Source: an uncultured Nitrospiraceae bacterium
GTDB lineage: Bacteria; Nitrospirota; Thermodesulfovibrionia; Thermodesulfovibrionales; UBA6898
Assembly (NCBI GenBank): GCA_963811165.1
Contig: CAWEQH010000001.1
Coordinates: 256,001-320,000, forward strand
Direction of reading: 5' to 3'
Length of the DNA stretch: 64,000 bases
The number at the start of each line of letters is the position of its first letter. Positions within the stretch are counted from its first letter, which is position 1. Under the pieces are notes generated by a model. The model ran no database searches and was not told the origin of the DNA. It was given only the letters and a program-made list of their open reading frames with translations. Below are positions 1-8,879 of the stretch, one piece after another. The translations under genes and the position numbers were made by a program.

Positions 1-305
1 GTGCGTTCATGGAACGCGATGAAGATGTTTTTTTCGGAGATATTCAGGTAATGTCTGTTTGGCCTGAGTATGCGGGGATGCAGTATGGGGCTATGTTTTC
101 GCTCACTCTCGGTCCCAAAGACAGTCGGGACCTGCGAGGCAATTTCTCCACCTGCTCCTGGCGGGTCAAATACGAGAAAATGAAGCCGCTCAACTACGGC
201 CCCATACTGCATTTTCATCATATCGCTCTGGTCGTTTTATGAATTAAGTTGGTCGGATATAGTCAGATTCTTGATAGTCATGAAATGGAGACAGGGTAAA
301 AAATT

Positions 306-1148
306 ATGGAGATATATGAAGAAATCGTGAGGTTGAAAAAGGACGGAAGGTCTTCGGCCCTGGCAACGATAGTGCAGTGCATCGGTTCTTCCCCCCAGAA
401 AGAAGGGGCGAAGATGCTTGTCAGGGACGATGGATCGATTGCAGGCACTATGGGGGGCGGATGTTTGGAGGCAGAAGTGATTCAGGCCTCCGTAATGACG
501 ATCAAGGACGGCTCACCCCGGACATTACCTATCGAACTGACCGAGAGACACGGCGGACTCGTCTGCGGCGGAAAGGTGCTTGTATATATCGAACCGATCA
601 TACCCGAACCAAGACTCATCATCCTGGGTGCGGGGCATGTAGGCAAGGCGCTTGCCAGGGTTGCCAAGTTCGGCGGATTCAAGACGACCGTTATTGACGA
701 TAGGGAGGAATTCGCAAACGGAGAAAATATTCCCGATGCAGACGAAATGGTTGTCCACGACCTTTCGGACGCTTTTTCAGAGGTTTTTGTCGACGAAGGT
801 TCCTATATCGTTATTGCGACAAGGGGACATACCCATGACCTCGACGCGCTCAAGGCCGCTTTAAGGACGAGGGCCGGATATATCGGACTTCTAGGCAGCA
901 AACGCAAGAGGGCACTTCTTTTTAAGATCCTCGGCGAAGAAGGTTTTTCTAAAGAAGATGTCGGGAGAGTCATTACGCCTGTGGGGCTGTCTATCGGGTC
1001 CGTGACGCCTGAGGAGATTGCGATAAGCATCATGGCCCAGATCATTCAGAAAAGGAGGGAACATATTGCCCCTGGTATCGGTAGTGCTTCTTGCAGCAGG
1101 CTTGGGAAAGAGGATGGGGAGACTCAAGCAGCTTCTCCCCCTCGGTGA
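306..1148 (+). CDS. xdhC: XdhC/CoxI family molybdenum-cofactor insertion chaperone
   Basis: GSSPQKEGAKMLV...GTMGGGCLEAEV, CGG, GAGHVG Rossmann-like motif, TRGH, YIGLLGS, PVGLSIGSVTPEEIAISI. Confidence 0.9.
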   Translation: MEIYEEIVRLKKDGRSSALATIVQCIGSSPQKEGAKMLVRDDGSIAGTMGGGCLEAEVIQASVMTIKDGSPRTLPIELTERHGGLVCGGKVLVYIEPIIPEPRLIILGAGHVGKALARVAKFGGFKTTVIDDREEFANGENIPDADEMVVHDLSDAFSEVFVDEGSYIVIATRGHTHDLDALKAALRTRAGYIGLLGSKRKRALLFKILGEEGFSKEDVGRVITPVGLSIGSVTPEEIAISIMAQIIQKRREHIAPGIGSASCSRLGKEDGETQAASPPR

Positions 1149-1671
1149 TAAGACGGTAATTAAGTGTTGTCTGGACGCGATTATTGCAGCGGAGACGGAT
1201 GACATCGTGGTTGTGCTTGGGTCCGGGCAGAGGGAATTGATGGAGTCAATAAACGACTATCCCGTAACTATAGCAATAAACGAAGATGTAGGCAGCGACA
1301 TGGCCGAGTCAGTGAGGGTAGGGGTGTCGGCAACGGAAGTTTGTTCGACAGGGATAATGGTCTGCCTCTCCGACCATCCCCTGGTATTGCCCGAGACGAT
1401 GAAATTGCTTGTCGGGACCCATTTGAGAGAGCCGAAGAGTATCCTCATCCCGGCTTGTAACGGCAAAAGAGGGCATCCCGCCGTTTTCCCAAAAGGCGTT
1501 ATTCAGGAGGTTTTTGCCGGCGTCAACTTAAGGGAAATAATCAAGCGCGACCCCAAAAGGGTGAAGCTCGTCAAGGTCAACGACGAGGGAGTTATCATGG
1601 ATATGGACACCAAGGAAGAATACCTTGCGATCATGAGAAAGATAGGAGTTCCGGATGTCAAAGGGCTTTAA
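1066..1671 (+). CDS. mocA: Molybdenum cofactor cytidylyltransferase (MocA-like nucleotidyltransferase)
   Basis: LLAAGLGKRMG..KQLLP, LSDHP, GKRGHP, DMDT motifs; AGGAGG RBS before TTG; adjacent to xdhC. Confidence 0.8.
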   Translation: MPLVSVVLLAAGLGKRMGRLKQLLPLGDKTVIKCCLDAIIAAETDDIVVVLGSGQRELMESINDYPVTIAINEDVGSDMAESVRVGVSATEVCSTGIMVCLSDHPLVLPETMKLLVGTHLREPKSILIPACNGKRGHPAVFPKGVIQEVFAGVNLREIIKRDPKRVKLVKVNDEGVIMDMDTKEEYLAIMRKIGVPDVKGL

Positions 1672-2395
1672 TGCGTATGCCCCATTGATCGCCGATATTG
1701 GGTTTGGTCTTGCACTGGCTTCAGCTATCGCTGCGATCTTTTCGGGTATGGGCACCCGGTATGAGCTATGGAATTTCCGCGTTGGCTTATTGGTCCTTAA
1801 ATGGTCCGCTTACGGAGGGCTTGTTGCTGCGGCCGTTTCTCTTGCCGGGTGTGTCCTGGCTCTTCGCAGTGGATCTGGCATTGTGCCTGCGCTGATCGGA
1901 ATTATTGTAGGCGCAGTCCTGGTCGCGGTGCCTGCATACTGGTTTGAGAAGGCGCGGCGTGTCCCCCCTATCCACGACATTACCACCGACACCGCCGATC
2001 CCCCGCAACTGGTGGCAACGCTTCCCTTTCGAAAAAATGCTTCCAACCCGCCGGATTATGGAGGGCCCCAGATTGCCGCCCAGCAGCGTAGGGCATATCC
2101 CGATATCACTCCGCTTGTGCTTGAAATCCCGCCTGAGGCGGCGTTTGATATAGCATTGGCGGCTTCTCGGAAAATGGGGTGGCAGATAATCGATGCAGAC
2201 AGGGCGGACGGGCGGATCGAGGCTGTTGATACAACGTTTTGGTTTGGGTTCAAGGACGATATTGTGATCCGCATTAAGGCAGACGGGCAGGGTTGCCGTG
2301 TCGATGTCCGTTCAGTGTCTCGCGTGGGGATAAGCGATGTTGGGACAAATGCTACCCGGATAAGAAGGTTTTTCAAGGAGATGGGGAAGAGATAA
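1655..2395 (+). CDS. DUF1499-family membrane protein
   Basis: Three N-terminal TM segments, then PPIHDITTD...IEAVDTTFWFGFKDDIVIRI...VDVRSVSRVGISDVGTNATRI. Confidence 0.8.
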   Translation: MSKGFNAYAPLIADIGFGLALASAIAAIFSGMGTRYELWNFRVGLLVLKWSAYGGLVAAAVSLAGCVLALRSGSGIVPALIGIIVGAVLVAVPAYWFEKARRVPPIHDITTDTADPPQLVATLPFRKNASNPPDYGGPQIAAQQRRAYPDITPLVLEIPPEAAFDIALAASRKMGWQIIDADRADGRIEAVDTTFWFGFKDDIVIRIKADGQGCRVDVRSVSRVGISDVGTNATRIRRFFKEMGKR

Positions 2396-2597
2396 AAAGC
2401 ACATTATTTCGCACATCTTGTTTCCCCGGGTGAAAGACGGTTCTCTCAATTTCTGTGCGGAAGGAAAATACTGCATTTCTTTGTACTGATGCATTTTACG
2501 CTCCAAAAGTACCAATTTTTTGAAGTTGTCGACAGATCTCCGGCATCCGGCTATGCTAAAATTGTATTTGTAATTCTTCTTAATAAGGGAGGGAAAG

Positions 2598-3656
2598 ATG
2601 GGCGAAACGTTAAAAAACTTGCTCATACCTTCGATCGTTGCGGTGGTGTCCGTGATAGTGTTGCTTGCGATCCGAAGCATTACTCTCGGACTTATACGGA
2701 AGAGGTCGGCGGGTGCAGGGAAGAAGGCCGACGATATCGTGATAAATGCCTTTAGGGTACCTTCCGTATACTGGTGTATTGCGATCGGACTTCACATAGG
2801 GATCGCGGTTTCGGCGCTTCCCCAGAGATACGTCTTTTATATCAGCAAGACGATTCACGTCCTCGTCATATTTTCTATTACCATAGCGACTGCAAATCTG
2901 GCAGACAGGGGTTTCAAAAATTATGTCACGCAGTCGAACCTTTCGATACCGACAACGGGGCTTGCCTTTGGGATGTTGAGAGGAGCGGTCCTGTCTATCG
3001 GCCTTCTGATAATACTCGGAGTTTTGGGGATCTCGATTGCGCCGCTTATCACCGCCTTGGGCGTCGGAGGCCTTGCGGTCGCCCTAGCGCTTCAGGACAC
3101 GCTCGCCAATCTCTTCGCGGGCATCCATATACTTGCGGAAAAAACAATGCGTATCGGAGACTTTGTGCGGCTTGAGACCGGGCAGGAGGGATATATAGAG
3201 GACATCACATGGAGGACGACGAGGATTAAGATGCCGTCGAACAACATGGTGGTCATCACTAACAGCAAACTCTCCCAAAGCATCGTAACGAATTATTCGC
3301 TGCCTGAGAAAAGAACTTTTGTCCAGATACAAATAGGCGTCGGCTATTCTTCCGATCCCGAAACAATCGAAAGGATCCTCAAGGAAGTTGCGATAAAAGC
3401 GACCAAAGAGGTGCCGTTTCTGCTTGCCGACCCTGCCCCGGATGTGAGCTTCTCCCCGGGGTTCGGCCCGAGTTCTCTGGATTTTACTATCACTTGCCAG
3501 CTCCGGGAGTTTACCGATCAGGGGGCCGCGCAACACGAATTGCGAAAGAGGGTCTTCAAAAGATTGAGGGAAGATGGGATAGAGATTCCCTTCCCCCAAA
3601 GGACGGTATATCTGCGGGAAGGAAAGGAATGGAAGCGGAACGGTGAAGAAGCCTGA
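2598..3656 (+). CDS. mscS: Small-conductance mechanosensitive channel
   Basis: LGVGGLAVALALQDTLANLFAG, IGDFV, ITWRTT, GIEIPFPQR. Confidence 0.9.
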   Translation: MGETLKNLLIPSIVAVVSVIVLLAIRSITLGLIRKRSAGAGKKADDIVINAFRVPSVYWCIAIGLHIGIAVSALPQRYVFYISKTIHVLVIFSITIATANLADRGFKNYVTQSNLSIPTTGLAFGMLRGAVLSIGLLIILGVLGISIAPLITALGVGGLAVALALQDTLANLFAGIHILAEKTMRIGDFVRLETGQEGYIEDITWRTTRIKMPSNNMVVITNSKLSQSIVTNYSLPEKRTFVQIQIGVGYSSDPETIERILKEVAIKATKEVPFLLADPAPDVSFSPGFGPSSLDFTITCQLREFTDQGAAQHELRKRVFKRLREDGIEIPFPQRTVYLREGKEWKRNGEEA

Positions 3657-4197
3657 CCCGCTTGCGATAGTTTCAAAATACTATGAACCGGGCTCGACCT
3701 CGTATATGATCCTTGTCGGACATAGCAAAGCGGTGGCAGAGAAGGCCATGGACATTGCCGGACGGTTCGCTCATCTTAATCCGGATATGGAATTTATTGA
3801 AGCGGCGGCGATGCTCCACGATATCGGCATCTTTATGACTCATGAACCCGGCATAGGGTGTTTCGGAGATAAAAAATATATTTGTCATGGATACCTGGGG
3901 AGAGAACTCATGGAAAAGGAGGGCCTGCCGATACATGCCCTCGTGTGCGAAAGGCATGTAGGAGTCGGCATCAGCATCGCCGACATCGACAACCTGAAAC
4001 TCCCTTTACCCAGACGGAAAATGCTGCCGCTTACCCTCGAGGAAAAGATTATTTGTTTTGCGGACAAGTTCTTTTCAAAAAGACCGGATGCCTTGCACCG
4101 GGAAAAACCACGCGAAGAAGTAAGGGAAAGTATCGCTAAATACGGCCCCGACAATCTGAAGAAATTTGACGATATGTATGAACTCTTCAATAAATGA
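3643..4197 (+). CDS. HD/HDIG-domain phosphohydrolase
   Basis: HS..V, MLHDIG, CHGYLG, CERHVG, EEKIICFADKFFSK. Confidence 0.8.
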   Translation: MKKPDPLAIVSKYYEPGSTSYMILVGHSKAVAEKAMDIAGRFAHLNPDMEFIEAAAMLHDIGIFMTHEPGIGCFGDKKYICHGYLGRELMEKEGLPIHALVCERHVGVGISIADIDNLKLPLPRRKMLPLTLEEKIICFADKFFSKRPDALHREKPREEVRESIAKYGPDNLKKFDDMYELFNK

Positions 4198-4954
4198 TCT
4201 TTTCGAGAAAGAGTCCCTGAGCCGGGGCGGTAGGTCCGGCGATTGTCCTGTCGCAGGACTGAAGGATCCGGCTGAATCCCTCAAGTGATATTCGCCCCCT
4301 GCCGACTTCCGCAAGGGTGCCGGCAATGTTTCTTACCATATGCCTGAGGAATGCGTTTGCCTCGATCCTTATTTTGATAAAGTCCCCTTCGATCGGGGCC
4401 GTCATAAAATCGATCTTCCCCGGTCTTGATATATCTAAAGAATAAACTGTTCTCACCGGGTGTTTTGCCCCGCAGCCCGCGGCCCTGAAGGAGGAGAAAT
4501 CATGCTCCCCAAGCAAAAGACATGCAGCCTTGGTCATACTGGCCAGGTCGAGCATTGTCCGCACGCACCACACGTACCGATGAAGAAATGCGGATTGTTG
4601 TTTGCCTTCCGATAGTATATAAAAATAGCTTTTTTTTACTGCGTGATACCGGGGGTGAAAGTCCTCGTCCGTTTCCCCTGCATCGAGTATTCTGATGTCG
4701 GGGGGGAGCTTGGCGTTTAAGGCCCTCATGATGACCTTTGTCTCAAGATGAGACCCCGTTCCGAAAACCGCTACCTGGTCAAGGGCATGGACGCCCGCAT
4801 CTGTCCTGCTTGCTCCGGTGAGCCGGATCTCTTCACCGGTGATACTTTGAATCTTTTCCTTTATTACGTCCTGTATGGTGCCGCCGGACTTCTGAGACTG
4901 CCAGCCGTGGTAGTTCGTGCCGTCGTATTCGATCTTAAGTCTGATGTATCTCAT
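4187..4954 (-). CDS. truA: tRNA pseudouridine(38-40) synthase
   Basis: YDGTNYHGWQ, GASRTDAGVHA, HDFSSF, FLRHMVRNI, TAPAQGLFL. Confidence 0.97.
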   Translation of the reverse strand: MRYIRLKIEYDGTNYHGWQSQKSGGTIQDVIKEKIQSITGEEIRLTGASRTDAGVHALDQVAVFGTGSHLETKVIMRALNAKLPPDIRILDAGETDEDFHPRYHAVKKSYFYILSEGKQQSAFLHRYVWCVRTMLDLASMTKAACLLLGEHDFSSFRAAGCGAKHPVRTVYSLDISRPGKIDFMTAPIEGDFIKIRIEANAFLRHMVRNIAGTLAEVGRGRISLEGFSRILQSCDRTIAGPTAPAQGLFLEKIIY

Positions 4955-5068
4955 CGATTGATTTTCAGGGAATAAGTGGTTTTAGTCAAGGTGCGCAGAT
5001 GAGGAGATGCGCTTTCACTTTTTGACAAATCTCCCTTGAGACAATTATTATCGAATATCATTGCGCCC

Positions 5069-5250
5069 ATGCTGATATAGCTCAAGAGGATATGGAAAAA
5101 CTCGCTGACCCTGAAAAAGCCAATATCCTTTCGCGCTTTTTTAGGACAGGGAAAGGACAGTATGGCGAAGGCGACATCTTTTTGGGGATGGTCGTTCCGA
5201 AACAGCGGGTTGTTGCCAAGAAATACGCAGGGCTGCTCGCCGGCATCTGA
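5069..5250 (+). pseudogene. 5' remnant of DNA alkylation repair enzyme (AlkD-like)
   Basis: 5092-5250 reads [52 protein letters not shown], the typical N-terminus of this family; the rest of the gene is absent; an upstream ATG (5069) is followed by TAG and a frame slip. Confidence 0.7.
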
Positions 5251-5316
5251 ATTGACAATAGGCCGTCTCTTCAATATAGTATCTAGCAAATCCGGCCTTT
5301 GGGGGGAAGTTGGTAA

Positions 5317-5931
5317 ATGTTAAAACTGAGGACCATAATCATAGCAACGGGCATGTTGATTATGGTTATGGCAAGCTTGCTCCTCACCCGGTATTGCTAC
5401 TCTGCTACTTATTATAAGTATACGGATAAAAACGGCACAACCAGCTTTACCGACAACCGTCAGTCCATCCCCGAAGAATACAAAAAGAAAGCAATTAAAA
5501 TAACCGACGAAAAGGAAAATGCCGATAAAAAATCAGGAGATAATAAGATTAACGTGGATAATGGAGGCGATTCGTTAATTGATAAAAAGCAAAGGTTGTC
5601 TTCGATAGAGAAGATAAAAAATGCCTTGACGGCGATTACGAATTCCAACCTCTTTAGGCCGGTTGCAGCCATAACTATATTCCTCACCCTTTTTATAGTT
5701 ATTGGGAAAATAGGCAGCTTTTTAGGGCGTAAACAGATAAGTTCGGTTCTGAGAATCGCTTTGACCGCAGGCATACTGCTCTACTTATTCCATACGCAAG
5801 CGGAACAAATAGTGAATATCTTCGGCCAGCTGAAAAAAGATGTTAGTGATATTACAAAGAAGGCGGAGGAGAGGAATAGAGAAGTTGAGGATGCTGCGAA
5901 AGATCAGACTGGTCCCGCAAGAGCCCCTTAG
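5317..5931 (+). CDS. DUF4124-domain membrane protein
   Basis: Signal/TM segment, YYKYTDKNGTTSFTDNRQSIPEEY, two TM helices, coiled-coil tail. Confidence 0.7.
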   Translation: MLKLRTIIIATGMLIMVMASLLLTRYCYSATYYKYTDKNGTTSFTDNRQSIPEEYKKKAIKITDEKENADKKSGDNKINVDNGGDSLIDKKQRLSSIEKIKNALTAITNSNLFRPVAAITIFLTLFIVIGKIGSFLGRKQISSVLRIALTAGILLYLFHTQAEQIVNIFGQLKKDVSDITKKAEERNREVEDAAKDQTGPARAP

Positions 5932-5962
5932 GGATTGCATCCTTGATCTGCCATAATGCCCT

Positions 5963-5991
5963 TTGACAAATCCCGTCCGGATTTATATAGT
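5963..5991 (+). promoter_or_regulatory. Sigma70-type promoter of rdgB
   Basis: TTGACA(5963)-17 nt-TATAGT(5986). Confidence 0.6.
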
Positions 5992-5999
5992 TAGTATCT

Positions 6000-6599
6000 G
6001 TGATTATTATGACTGTCGTTTTGGCTACGAGAAATAAGAAGAAGGTCGAGGAGATCAGCCGGATGTTCGAAGGATATGATATACGGTTCTTGACGATCGA
6101 CTCTTTTCCCGGCTGTCCCGAAGTGGAGGAGGACGGGAAGACCTTCAGACAGAACTCGGTGAAAAAGGCCCTGCAGATCGCTAAATATACCGGGTGTCCC
6201 GCAATAGCAGACGATTCAGGGCTGGAGGTAAAGGCCTTAGGCGGCGCCCCTGGGGTTTTTTCCGCAAGGTATGCCGGTAGTGACGCTGATGATGGGAAAA
6301 ACCTCAATAAGTTGCTTTCGAATATGAAAGGGCTCGAAGCCGAACGCCGGGAGGCACGGTTTGTCTGTTGTATCGCCCTTGCCTTGCCGGACGGGAGCTA
6401 CAAGACCTTTACAGGATACGCCAAGGGACAGATAGCTAAAAAACCTAAAGGTTTCAATGGGTTTGGCTATGACCCGGTCTTCTATCCGGCCGGTCACGAC
6501 AGAACCTTCGCCGAGATGTCCGATACTGAAAAGGATGCGCTTAGCCATAGGGGGAAGGCTTTAAAAAGGTTATATATTTATTTAAAAAAACAATTTTAA
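6000..6599 (+). CDS. rdgB: XTP/dITP diphosphatase (HAM1/RdgB)
   Basis: ATRNKKK, ADDSGL, GAPGVFSARY, GFGYDPVF, SHRGKA; start may be ATG 6009. Confidence 0.95.
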   Translation: MIIMTVVLATRNKKKVEEISRMFEGYDIRFLTIDSFPGCPEVEEDGKTFRQNSVKKALQIAKYTGCPAIADDSGLEVKALGGAPGVFSARYAGSDADDGKNLNKLLSNMKGLEAERREARFVCCIALALPDGSYKTFTGYAKGQIAKKPKGFNGFGYDPVFYPAGHDRTFAEMSDTEKDALSHRGKALKRLYIYLKKQF

Positions 6600-6626
6600 A
6601 TTAATGGTGGAAATAATATATTATGC

Positions 6627-6736
6627 GTGACTTAATTCTTAAGAGACTGTATAATTTAAAAATTAGATTAATAAGTAATTTTTATCTGCTTATGAGAAAT
6701 ATGAATTTGACTTAAAAAAATGCCGGGGCATATAGT
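6627..6736 (+). promoter_or_regulatory. Two tandem sigma70-like promoters upstream of sat
   Basis: GTGACT(6627)-17-TATAAT(6650) and TTGACT(6707)-18-TATAGT(6731) in a very AT-rich stretch. Confidence 0.5.
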
Positions 6737-7016
6737 TATAGGGTTTTAATAGTATATCGCTCCCATAAGATGTTATTATTTTTGTTTTAAAATCACACGC
6801 TTTGGATTACGCGGTCGAAATTTTTTGAAACCCGGGCAGATCGTGAGGTGAGTGCCGTGTGGCGGGCCTTGCAACAGCGCTATGATTCGATCGGCTATCT
6901 TCTAATTTTAGATTCGTTATGACTCGAAAGGCAGACAGTAAGGACTTTTTTAGTAATTAAGTTTGTTAGGACTGAATTACTAATAGGAATAAATCTAAAT
7001 ACACAGGAGGAAAAGT

Positions 7017-8231
7017 ATGGCACTTGTAAACCCGCATGGGAAGCAAAAAAAATTGATGCCTCTGCTTTTGACCGGCGAGGAATTGAAGGAGGAGAAACAG
7101 AAGGCGAAAACCCTTACTCAGGTAAGAGTAACTTCAAGAGAGACCGGCGACCTCATAATGATGGGAATCGGCGGGTTTACTCCGCTGAAGGGATTCATGG
7201 GTTATGATGACTGGAAGGGCGTATGCGATGAATACAAGATGGCGGACGGCGTCTTCTGGCCGATACCGGTCACCCTTTCCACCTCAGAGGGCCAGGCTAA
7301 CAGCATCAAGAAGAACCAGGAAATAGCGCTGATCGATGAAGAGTCCGGCGAACTCATGGCCACGATGAAGGTCAAGGACAAATATAAGATCGACAAGGCC
7401 CATGAATGTAAGCAGGTCTTCAAGACAACAGAGATGGAACACCCCGGCGTCGTGAAGGTAATGAACCAGGAAGAGATCAATCTCTCCGGCACGGTGAAGG
7501 TGCTGAGCGAAGGGATGTTCCCGAAACAGTTCGCGGGCGTGTATATGAAGCCTACTGAAACAAGAAAGATTTTTGAAGACAAGGGATGGAACACGGTCGC
7601 ATGCCTGCAGCTCAGGAACCCCATGCACAGGTCCCACGAATATCTGGCGAAGATCGCCATAGAGACGTGCGACGGCGTGCTCATCCATCAGCTCCTCGGA
7701 AAACTGAAAGAAGGCGACATACCGGCTGAAGTCAGGGTCAAGGCGATCAACAAGCTGACCGAGCTTTATTTCGTGAAAGACACGAGCATCCAGGCCGGCT
7801 ATCCCCTCGACATGAGATACGCTGGACCGCGCGAGGCGCTGCTCCATGCGCTTTTCAGGCAGAATTATGGATGTAGCCACCAAATCATCGGCCGCGACCA
7901 TGCAGGCGTCGGTGAATACTATGGTCCTTTCGATGCCCAGAAGATATTCGACGAGATCCCGGAAGGCGCGCTCGAGACCAAGCCTCTTAAGATCGATTGG
8001 ACATTCTATTGCACAAAGTGCGACGGCATGGCCTCGATGAGGACCTGCCCTCACGGCAAAGAAGACAGGCTTCTCCTGAGCGGCACAAAGCTCAGGAAAA
8101 TGCTTTCTGAGAACACGGAAGTTCCTGATCACTTCAGCCGTGCAGAAGTCCTCGAAATCCTAAAAGAATACTATGCAGGATTGACCGAGAAGGTCGAGAT
8201 TAAGGTACATAAATATTCAGAAGGCGCATAA
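7017..8231 (+). CDS. sat: Sulfate adenylyltransferase (dissimilatory ATP sulfurylase)
   Basis: [32 protein letters not shown], Zn motif CTKC...CPH, LSGTKLR; AGGAGG RBS. Confidence 0.97.
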   Translation: MALVNPHGKQKKLMPLLLTGEELKEEKQKAKTLTQVRVTSRETGDLIMMGIGGFTPLKGFMGYDDWKGVCDEYKMADGVFWPIPVTLSTSEGQANSIKKNQEIALIDEESGELMATMKVKDKYKIDKAHECKQVFKTTEMEHPGVVKVMNQEEINLSGTVKVLSEGMFPKQFAGVYMKPTETRKIFEDKGWNTVACLQLRNPMHRSHEYLAKIAIETCDGVLIHQLLGKLKEGDIPAEVRVKAINKLTELYFVKDTSIQAGYPLDMRYAGPREALLHALFRQNYGCSHQIIGRDHAGVGEYYGPFDAQKIFDEIPEGALETKPLKIDWTFYCTKCDGMASMRTCPHGKEDRLLLSGTKLRKMLSENTEVPDHFSRAEVLEILKEYYAGLTEKVEIKVHKYSEGA

Positions 8232-8248
8232 AAACAGTGGTATTGTGT

Positions 8249-8295
8249 AGTATTCGGTGTCAGATAAAGAAGCTGACACCGAATACTGACACCGA
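8249..8295. repeat. Perfect 15-bp inverted repeat with duplicated right arm (sat-aprB spacer)
   Basis: AGTATTCGGTGTCAG(8249-63)/CTGACACCGAATACT(8273-87); CTGACACCGA repeated at 8286-95. Confidence 0.85.
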
Positions 8296-8397
8296 GGAAA
8301 TGATGAGAGGGGGTGAAGTAGGAAGTTATAGGGTTTGGTTGTCGCATCGTAAAGTGATTGGTTACTAATATTCAATTCAAATAGGAGGTTAAGAGAT

Positions 8398-8844
8398 ATG
8401 CCAAGTTTTGTAGATCCCGCAAAGTGCGACGGATGTAAAGGCGGCGAAAAGACCGCATGCATGTACATCTGCCCGAGCGACTTAATGGTGTTGAACGTTG
8501 AATCGATGAAGGCTTACAACCAGGAGCCTGACCAGTGCTGGGAATGCTATTCCTGCGTAAAAATCTGTCCCCAGGGCGCAATCTCGGTTAGGGCGTATTC
8601 TGATATCGTACCTCTCGGCGGCATGGTATCTCCGATGATGAGTTCCGACTCGATCATGTGGACGATCCAGTTCAGAAACGGCAACCTGCAGAGGTTCAAG
8701 TTCCCGATCAGGACGACCCCTGAGGGCTCGATCGATCCGAAGAACGCAGCCCACAAGGGCAAGAATCTCGATTCGGAGCAGCTTTCGGACGAAGAGATCG
8801 ATAATTTTACGCTTGCAAAGCCGAGTGCTATATTCGGCAAATAG
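8398..8844 (+). CDS. aprB: Adenylylsulfate reductase beta subunit
   Basis: CDGC...ACMYICP, CWECYSCVKICPQGAI, FKFPIRTTPEG. Confidence 0.97.
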   Translation: MPSFVDPAKCDGCKGGEKTACMYICPSDLMVLNVESMKAYNQEPDQCWECYSCVKICPQGAISVRAYSDIVPLGGMVSPMMSSDSIMWTIQFRNGNLQRFKFPIRTTPEGSIDPKNAAHKGKNLDSEQLSDEEIDNFTLAKPSAIFGK

Positions 8845-8879
8845 TTTAATAAAAAAATTACAACAGGAGGAATAGAAAT

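Noticed and set aside
1..242. 77-aa ORF at the window start
   Set aside because: No recognisable motif in any frame I translated and truncated context; cannot be supported as a gene.
4951..5289. 112-aa minus-strand ORF upstream of truA
   Set aside because: Antisense shadow of the AlkD-like remnant, with no protein-like features.
6775..6800. Possible Rex box (..TTTGTTTTAAAATCACAC) upstream of sat
   Set aside because: Only the right half resembles TTGTGAAnnnnTTCACAA, and it lies in AT-rich DNA.
7284..8132. Long antisense ORFs (also 25565-26488, 29096-30043, 56705-57541, 61877-62605)
   Set aside because: Opposite-strand shadows of well-supported genes, expected from codon bias.
8249..8295. 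CRISPR-like repeat
   Set aside because: Only one hairpin with a 10-nt duplication; no repeat-spacer periodicity and no cas genes.
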